The position numbers were made by a program, and so were the translations under genes. Below are positions 58,701-64,000 of a stretch of 64,000 nt of DNA, piece after piece. How positions within the stretch are numbered: position 1 is the first letter of the stretch; each line of letters begins with the position of its first letter. A model generated the notes under the pieces. That model was not told where the DNA came from, searched no databases, and worked only from the letters and a program-made list of their open reading frames with translations. This DNA is from a virus (lineage: Duplodnaviria > Caudoviricetes). The DNA lies in IMG/VR virus record IMGVR_UViG_3300027608_000010, one strand, 5' to 3'.

Positions 58701-59903
58701 TTATTGGAATGATAGAGTTGCAGAGTTGATATCGATTTCACCAACGTAGTCAGCCGCATTACCGAAAGATGATGCAGTGTTTGTCAATTCGATGTAACCA
58801 TAACGTGTCATGAATGATACGACTGGTTCGAATGTTGCTGGATCTAGAACAACACCAGATGACATCAATGGGATGTATGGGCAATAGAAAGCTGCCGCAT
58901 CTGTTTCGCTTGTACCTTTGTAACCAACTAGAACAGCTTGTCCGTCACCAGCATAACTGTTAACGAATACACGCATAGCACCGTTCAATGTACCAACAAA
59001 CTTAGTGTTTGTAGGAGCTTCGAATGTACCTTCTGTTGTACGTGCAAAAGCTGATGTTGTAGCTGACTGTAGAACTGTCAATGCTGCTGGAGAAACAACT
59101 GCCCAGTTACCAGCACCACGACGAGTGCGTTGAGCAATCTTGTTAGCAACACGATTGATAAGAACTGCCAATGCGGCATGTTCGTCACCAACGAATGTAG
59201 CTGTACCAGATACTGTAGCTTGGTTGTAAGTTTCTTCTGTAGTAGCCAATGTAGCTAGGCTCAATAGAATCTCTTGGTCAATTTCAGCAGTAATTTCTTG
59301 TGCTAAAGCTGCCATGATTTCTGCTTCAACGTCAATACCATGTTGAGACTGAGCATCTTGTGCTGCCTCAAATGTCCAACGTGCTTGCAATTTACGTGAC
59401 TTAGCTTCAACAGCTTGACGTAGAATCTGAACAGAAATCTGACGACCGCCTTGACCTTCCATACGTGCTGTAGGAGCACCTGTGTAATTGGTCTGTGCAC
59501 CTGTACCTGTACCTGCAGAGTATGCCTGAGCAATTTTGAATGGGCTTAGAGCTTCTTCACCTGCTTGAACATCAGTATTAGCACCGCTTGTGTCATTCAA
59601 TGATTCTGCGTAACGAACACGTAGAGTATGAATCTGACCAACTGGTCCTGTCATTGGCTGAACACCAACCAACTCGTTAGCGATAACTGTTGGCATGACA
59701 CGACGGATAACTGGTAGAATCACACGGTTTAATGTTGCGATGTTACCTGAACCTGTTGCACCAGTAGATGCGGATTCAGATAGTAATGATTTGCGAGTAT
59801 TTTCTAAAATAACTTGCATTGTTGAGCGGCGATTACCTTTAAGACCTTCAAGTAGGGCTTCTTTAGTCTCATCCCAACGACTTTCTAATAGAACTTGTGA
59901 CAT
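58701..59903 (-). CDS. gp23: Major capsid protein, T4 gp23 family
   Basis: LIRR-like VIRRVMP, VGVQPMTGPVGQI, KSRKLQARWTFEAAQD..HGIDVEAE, YCPYIPL, FMTRYG. Confidence 0.97.
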   Translation of the reverse strand: MSQVLLESRWDETKEALLEGLKGNRRSTMQVILENTRKSLLSESASTGATGSGNIATLNRVILPVIRRVMPTVIANELVGVQPMTGPVGQIHTLRVRYAESLNDTSGANTDVQAGEEALSPFKIAQAYSAGTGTGAQTNYTGAPTARMEGQGGRQISVQILRQAVEAKSRKLQARWTFEAAQDAQSQHGIDVEAEIMAALAQEITAEIDQEILLSLATLATTEETYNQATVSGTATFVGDEHAALAVLINRVANKIAQRTRRGAGNWAVVSPAALTVLQSATTSAFARTTEGTFEAPTNTKFVGTLNGAMRVFVNSYAGDGQAVLVGYKGTSETDAAAFYCPYIPLMSSGVVLDPATFEPVVSFMTRYGYIELTNTASSFGNAADYVGEIDINSATLSFQ

Positions 59904-59931
59904 TTTTATATTCTCCTAAATTTATGTCTTT

Positions 59932-59938
59932 TATTTAA
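59932..59938 (-). promoter_or_regulatory. Late-promoter-like motif upstream of gp23
   Basis: TTAAATA overlapping the gp22 stop; AGGAGA RBS follows. Confidence 0.4.
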
Positions 59939-61035
59939 ATCCCCGCCAAACGTCTTAGATCGATTACGTTATCACGCGGTTCGACTTCAGGTTTTTGTAT
60001 GGCAGATTTATTACCAGTAACTTCTTTAACACCTTCTGAAAGCATAGACTTTTTAGTTTCTTTTCTTTCATTGATATTATTAAGTACTGCTGGTAGATAC
60101 TTTTCGAATGCGCCTTGTAGACGAGGTGTCTGGACGCTCTCTAGTAAATCACGCATTATAGTTGCTTTTTCCTCATTTAGAGGTGATAACAATTCATCCA
60201 TAGTTTTTTGACGACTAGTAGATTCTTTGATAATACGAACTTCACGTTCTTTTGACTCAATCAACTTTTTAGCGTTAGTGAGTGTTTTAATGGATTCAGC
60301 TAATTGTTCATCTTTATACATTAGTTGGTTGTACAACTTACGTGTCTCAGCTTTTTCCTGTAGATAGGTTGTGCTGAATTCACTTGCGAAAGATTCAAAA
60401 ATCTTACGACCAAAATCGTTTTCACGTGCGGTCTTAATATCTTCTCTCAATTGGCCTAATTCACCCTTTAGATGTTTGCTTACAGATTCATTCATTCTCT
60501 TAGCACTTACTGTCACAAATTGTGATTTCAATGTTTCAAGTTGTTTACGACCTTCTGCAACTAACTTAACCTTTGCTTCAACTACTGCTTGTTTGTCTTG
60601 TGCGAATTCTTTAATTTCACGGGCAAGAGCATGAACAATAAATTGTTCTAGCTTTTGTTGACTTTCCATTTGTAGTTTACGCTCATTACGTAGTTCTTTA
60701 ATTTCTTCGGATAGTTTAGTAACCATGAAATTATTGAACTTGGCTGCATTTTCATGTAGCTTGCGTTTAGCGTTAACGCGGTCTTCGTTCATTGCTTGTC
60801 TTTCTAGTTGAAATTCTTCAATTTCATCTGTCAGACCATCTGTAATCATTTTATCTAGGGCTTCGACCATTACGTTCTTATCGTGTTCATAACGCTGTGC
60901 AAATTCTTCTCTTAATTCTGCACGTACTTGCTCTTTGGCTTCGTTCAATTTAGATTCCCATGCCTCATTGATAGAGATACTAGTTTCTTCATTAATAATT
61001 CCATTGTCAAGTAATGGCTTGATAGCATCTAACAT
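59935..61035 (-). CDS. gp22: Prohead scaffolding protein, T4 gp22-like
   Basis: Glu/Lys-rich coiled coil between protease and capsid genes; GRKIFESFASEF motif. Confidence 0.85.
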   Translation of the reverse strand: MLDAIKPLLDNGIINEETSISINEAWESKLNEAKEQVRAELREEFAQRYEHDKNVMVEALDKMITDGLTDEIEEFQLERQAMNEDRVNAKRKLHENAAKFNNFMVTKLSEEIKELRNERKLQMESQQKLEQFIVHALAREIKEFAQDKQAVVEAKVKLVAEGRKQLETLKSQFVTVSAKRMNESVSKHLKGELGQLREDIKTARENDFGRKIFESFASEFSTTYLQEKAETRKLYNQLMYKDEQLAESIKTLTNAKKLIESKEREVRIIKESTSRQKTMDELLSPLNEEKATIMRDLLESVQTPRLQGAFEKYLPAVLNNINERKETKKSMLSEGVKEVTGNKSAIQKPEVEPRDNVIDLRRLAGI

Positions 61036-61037
61036 GC

Positions 61038-61682
61038 TTATTCCCCTTTATTAATTTTGAGATCCTTGATAAGACGAACCACTTCATCTTTTAGGTATCT
61101 CTGTACTTTTTTGTCACTCTGGGCGTCCTGTGCCATACCTAACATTTTATGTCCATGCTTCATGTTCATCATGCCTTCATAAATTGCTTTGGGATACGCA
61201 TTTGGTGCGCTTGGTTGTGCGACAATATCGACAGTGACTATTTCAAAGTCACTAACATGGCCATTAGCATCATTAACGTTGCCGCTACCTCTGCTACTTA
61301 CGCCTAGTTTAACACCACTCTCCAACATAGTAGACACTAACTGTCCCATTGGAGTTGGTAGAATCTTTAATTTGCCAAATCCATTTGCACCATCCATCCA
61401 CATAGAACTAATCATATGTGATACACGGTCTAAATTGATTTTCAAATCGTCTGGGTGATCTACTTCACCTAATACTGAATACCCTTCAGATATTTGTTTG
61501 TTTAAAGTTTCTACAGCAGTTTCAATTTCAGAAACGGGATACACACGCTCATTGGCGTTGCGTACCCCACCCTGAATGAAAATCCCCTTCATATAAAGGG
61601 ACTTCAAACTACCTTCACCGGTACTTTCTACAACCATGCTAGCACGGTCAAAAGTTAGGTGTTCTTTAAGATACAAAGCCAT
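61038..61682 (-). CDS. gp21: Prohead protease, T4 gp21 family
   Basis: GIFIQG..NANERVYP, GEVDHP (His), LGVSSRGSG (Ser), DIVAQPSAPNAY. Confidence 0.96.
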   Translation of the reverse strand: MALYLKEHLTFDRASMVVESTGEGSLKSLYMKGIFIQGGVRNANERVYPVSEIETAVETLNKQISEGYSVLGEVDHPDDLKINLDRVSHMISSMWMDGANGFGKLKILPTPMGQLVSTMLESGVKLGVSSRGSGNVNDANGHVSDFEIVTVDIVAQPSAPNAYPKAIYEGMMNMKHGHKMLGMAQDAQSDKKVQRYLKDEVVRLIKDLKINKGE

Positions 61683-61696
61683 TATCTTAGGTATTC

Positions 61697-62512
61697 TTAT
61701 CTAACTGTTCTTCTTGTAGTCTTTTTAGACTCACCGACAACAGACGTTTTGTTTATACCGTCATCACCGTGTTTTGGTTTAGCAACTGCTTCGCCCTTTT
61801 CATTAGGACCTTTGCTTTGACCTGGAGCATTTTTATATGTTCCTGGGATCTCTTTTGGAGTTGGGTTTAACAATCCACCTTGTGTGCCACCTTTAGTGCT
61901 CTCACCTGATGAGAAGTTAACAGCTTTTGCACCGTTACCTGGAACTTTTGGTCCGCCACTTACTGTACTTCTTGTAAATGCACCGTTGTCACCATGAACT
62001 GGCTTTTTAACAGCGATTAAATTAGTAGCTTCCATCATTGCTTCTTCATCGTCAGAGCCTTCGTCATCTCCGCCGAATGGATTGCCTTCTTCAGAGCCTT
62101 CTTCATCTCCACCAAAGTCTTCTTCGCCTTCTTCAGCGCCCATTAGTTCTTCAAATTCAGCCATTAGTTCGTCTAGTTTGTCTTCTAGTTCAACTACGCG
62201 GTCTTCTAAATCACCTTCTGGCATTTCGCCATCATCTTCAGCATCAACATCAATGTCAGCAAATTCATCATCGCCTTCAACATCATCTTCTTCATTCATG
62301 CCTTGTTCTTCCATGTCGATTTCGTCTAGCATACCGCCGACTTGATTACCCATGTGACCATGCATGCCTTCTTCTAATTCATCTTCATCCATCATTGATT
62401 CATAAATTTCGCGGCTTTTTTCAACTACGATATCATGAAACAATGCTTTAGCTTGGTCTTCGTTTTCATTGATGATCAAATCAATAAGTTGTTCAAATTT
62501 TCTATTATCCAT
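61697..62512 (-). CDS. Highly acidic prohead core/internal-protein-like protein
   Basis: Start reassigned to ATG 62512 (GGAG RBS; the track start lies in the terminator). D/E-rich centre, basic Gly/Pro-rich tail; position equivalent to T4 gp67/68. Confidence 0.65.
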   Translation of the reverse strand: MDNRKFEQLIDLIINENEDQAKALFHDIVVEKSREIYESMMDEDELEEGMHGHMGNQVGGMLDEIDMEEQGMNEEDDVEGDDEFADIDVDAEDDGEMPEGDLEDRVVELEDKLDELMAEFEELMGAEEGEEDFGGDEEGSEEGNPFGGDDEGSDDEEAMMEATNLIAVKKPVHGDNGAFTRSTVSGGPKVPGNGAKAVNFSSGESTKGGTQGGLLNPTPKEIPGTYKNAPGQSKGPNEKGEAVAKPKHGDDGINKTSVVGESKKTTRRTVR

Positions 62513-62546
62513 TGTTGGTCTCCTATAGATTAATGGCTGTGTTATA

Positions 62547-62553
62547 TACTTAG
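62547..62553 (-). promoter_or_regulatory. T4-late-like promoter
   Basis: CTAAGTA directly after the terminator. Confidence 0.45.
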
Positions 62554-62561
62554 TGCATATC

Positions 62562-62593
62562 AAAAAAAATAGCACAATAAAGTGCTATTTTTT
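62562..62593 (-). terminator. Intrinsic terminator
   Basis: AAAAAATAGCAC-TTTATT-GTGCTA-T8. Confidence 0.75.
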
Positions 62594-62622
62594 ACGTTTT
62601 TCTTAATTTTATGTCAATATCA

Positions 62623-62850
62623 TTACATTGCCGGTGCACCTTCTGCTGGTGCTGGTTGATATTGTTTACGAATCTTCTTTAAGTTTTGAGACTTTTCATA
62701 ATTACGCACATCATTCATTTTACGTAATTTACGAATTTGCCGTAGTGTTAATTTACTTTTACGGGTTTGTTTCCACTTAGGTCTACTGCTATCTTTTTCA
62801 GCATCTTGGTACCCTTGAACGGGTGCATCAAACATTTCCATTAATCTCAT
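62623..62850 (-). CDS. 75-aa basic protein in head module
   Basis: K/R-rich helix (KLTLRQIRKLRKM); own promoter; lies between portal and core genes. Confidence 0.7.
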   Translation of the reverse strand: MRLMEMFDAPVQGYQDAEKDSSRPKWKQTRKSKLTLRQIRKLRKMNDVRNYEKSQNLKKIRKQYQPAPAEGAPAM

Positions 62851-62855
62851 GTTAA

Positions 62856-62863
62856 TATTTATC
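62856..62863 (-). promoter_or_regulatory. T4-late-like promoter
   Basis: GATAAATA between the portal stop and the 75-aa start. Confidence 0.55.
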
Positions 62864-62866
62864 TTT

Positions 62867-64000
62867 TTACATCGGAGGAGCCGGAGCTACTGCACCTGCC
62901 ATGCCTGCTGGAGGTGCTACAGGTGGTCCGCCCGCCATTTGATCTGGAGGCATACCTTCAGCATTTGGATCTGGAATCTCATCCATAACCTCTGTATCGG
63001 CTTCTAAGTCTCCTGTACTAATACCAATACTACGTAAGTCACTACCTTTAGCATCATTATCCTCAGGAGCTTCACGTTCTTCAAACCATAGACGCTGATT
63101 TTCTTCAATTTCTTCTTCAGTCAATCCTAAGAATCGTGTCATAGCAAATCGTTTAGCAATATAAGGGAAAGCTTCCATTGTTTGAAACACTGTTACCCGT
63201 GTTGTATCTAACTCACTTTGACGATAAGCGGCAAAGTTTTGTGGGGCATTGAACTTGATATCAAACAAACTTGAATCAATATTAAATCCTCTCCAGCGCA
63301 TGAACAGTTTGAATTCATCATTTAACTTCTGACTAATATACTTCTGTAAACGTTCACAATATTGATTGAAACGAAACTCTTGAATCATAGCAGTTCCAAC
63401 TCTACCATCTGCCAATGGGGTAGGACTATCTTCTGGACCTTGAGGTAAATAAGAACTTGGAACACGTAGACCCCGTGCTAATCTATTGTTGAAATAACGC
63501 AAGTCATCAATCTGACCTAAGTTATCACCACCTGGTAATGTGGTTACATCACTGCCACGACCGTCTGCTGTGACCGGAAAAAAGTAATCTTCATTCATTG
63601 ACAATGGATTGTATGTTGCATCCATTATACTTTGCCCACCGTTTGCACTTGGGATTCTGCGTTGATGAATCTCATTTTTAATACGGTCAACAAATGCCAT
63701 AGCCATGTGACTTGGCATATTACCAACGTCAATTTTAAAAACTCTACGCTCCGGCGCACGTTGTACACGATATATAAGAATAGCATCTTCAAGCAATTCT
63801 TTTTGCTTATATACTTTAAAAATGTTTTCTAAGATACTCTGTCCAAAAGGCCAATAACGGTCTAGACCTTCAGTTAAACTCAAATGAACTACATGTTTAG
63901 CGTCAATGGCTGCTTCATTCATGCCCATTGTAAAACGACTTCCGCCTCCGCCTCCGCCGTTTGGTACACTATAATTAGAAGCACCCTGAAAGCCACCGGG
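62867..64000 (-). CDS. gp20: Portal vertex protein, T4 gp20 family (5' end outside window)
   Basis: LEDAILIYRVQRAPERRVFKIDVGNMP, EDYFFP, LPGGDNLGQIDD, VPSSYL. The frame stays open to 64000. Confidence 0.96.
   Translation of the reverse strand, partial: PGGFQGASNYSVPNGGGGGGSRFTMGMNEAAIDAKHVVHLSLTEGLDRYWPFGQSILENIFKVYKQKELLEDAILIYRVQRAPERRVFKIDVGNMPSHMAMAFVDRIKNEIHQRRIPSANGGQSIMDATYNPLSMNEDYFFPVTADGRGSDVTTLPGGDNLGQIDDLRYFNNRLARGLRVPSSYLPQGPEDSPTPLADGRVGTAMIQEFRFNQYCERLQKYISQKLNDEFKLFMRWRGFNIDSSLFDIKFNAPQNFAAYRQSELDTTRVTVFQTMEAFPYIAKRFAMTRFLGLTEEEIEENQRLWFEEREAPEDNDAKGSDLRSIGISTGDLEADTEVMDEIPDPNAEGMPPDQMAGGPPVAPPAGMAGAVAPAPPM

Noticed and set aside
62513-62575. N-terminal extensions given by the ORF track (also 4186-4194, 7990-8064, 21987-21998, 51446-51460)
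   Set aside because: They overlap terminators or upstream genes. Downstream starts have an RBS, stop-start coupling or paralog support.
152-63832. All plus-strand ORFs and short alternate-frame minus ORFs in the track
   Set aside because: They are shadows of long minus-strand genes with biased codons, and have no RBS or recognisable motifs.
1-64000. Stop-codon reassignment as in some large phages
   Set aside because: Standard code gives full-length conserved genes and near-complete coding density.
1-64000. tRNA/rRNA genes
   Set aside because: Intergenic gaps are short and accounted for by promoters and terminators; no cloverleaf was seen.

Overview
The window is a 64 kb AT-rich piece of a large T4-like (Tevenvirinae-style myovirus) phage genome. 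Every credible gene is on the minus strand and reads in the standard genetic code. In transcription order (right to left) it carries: (1) a T4-type head module: portal gp20 (5'-truncated), a small basic protein, an acidic core-like protein, prohead protease gp21, scaffold gp22 and major capsid gp23, then a separately insulated 117-aa gene; (2) about 51 kb (7079-58103) holding 28 putative virion fibre, adhesin and adaptor genes; (3) a LapG/transglutaminase-like ORF, class Ia ribonucleotide reductase nrdA-nrdB, a small membrane ORF, glutaredoxin, an Sm-like protein, a PAAR spike-tip protein and a 688-aa unknown. The fibre array is built from a small reused kit: LamG lectin repeats, Gly-rich domains, PKD, Ig/IPT, a cupredoxin-like domain and shaft repeats. 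T4-late-like promoters (NTAA[A/G]TA) and intrinsic terminators punctuate the region. The most notable signal is the combinatorial organisation of the array: duplicated gene junctions, DNA-identical blocks shared within and between genes, recurring fibre-tail/adaptor/tip cassettes and an orphaned gene end. Domain calls come from motif recognition only; no searches were run.
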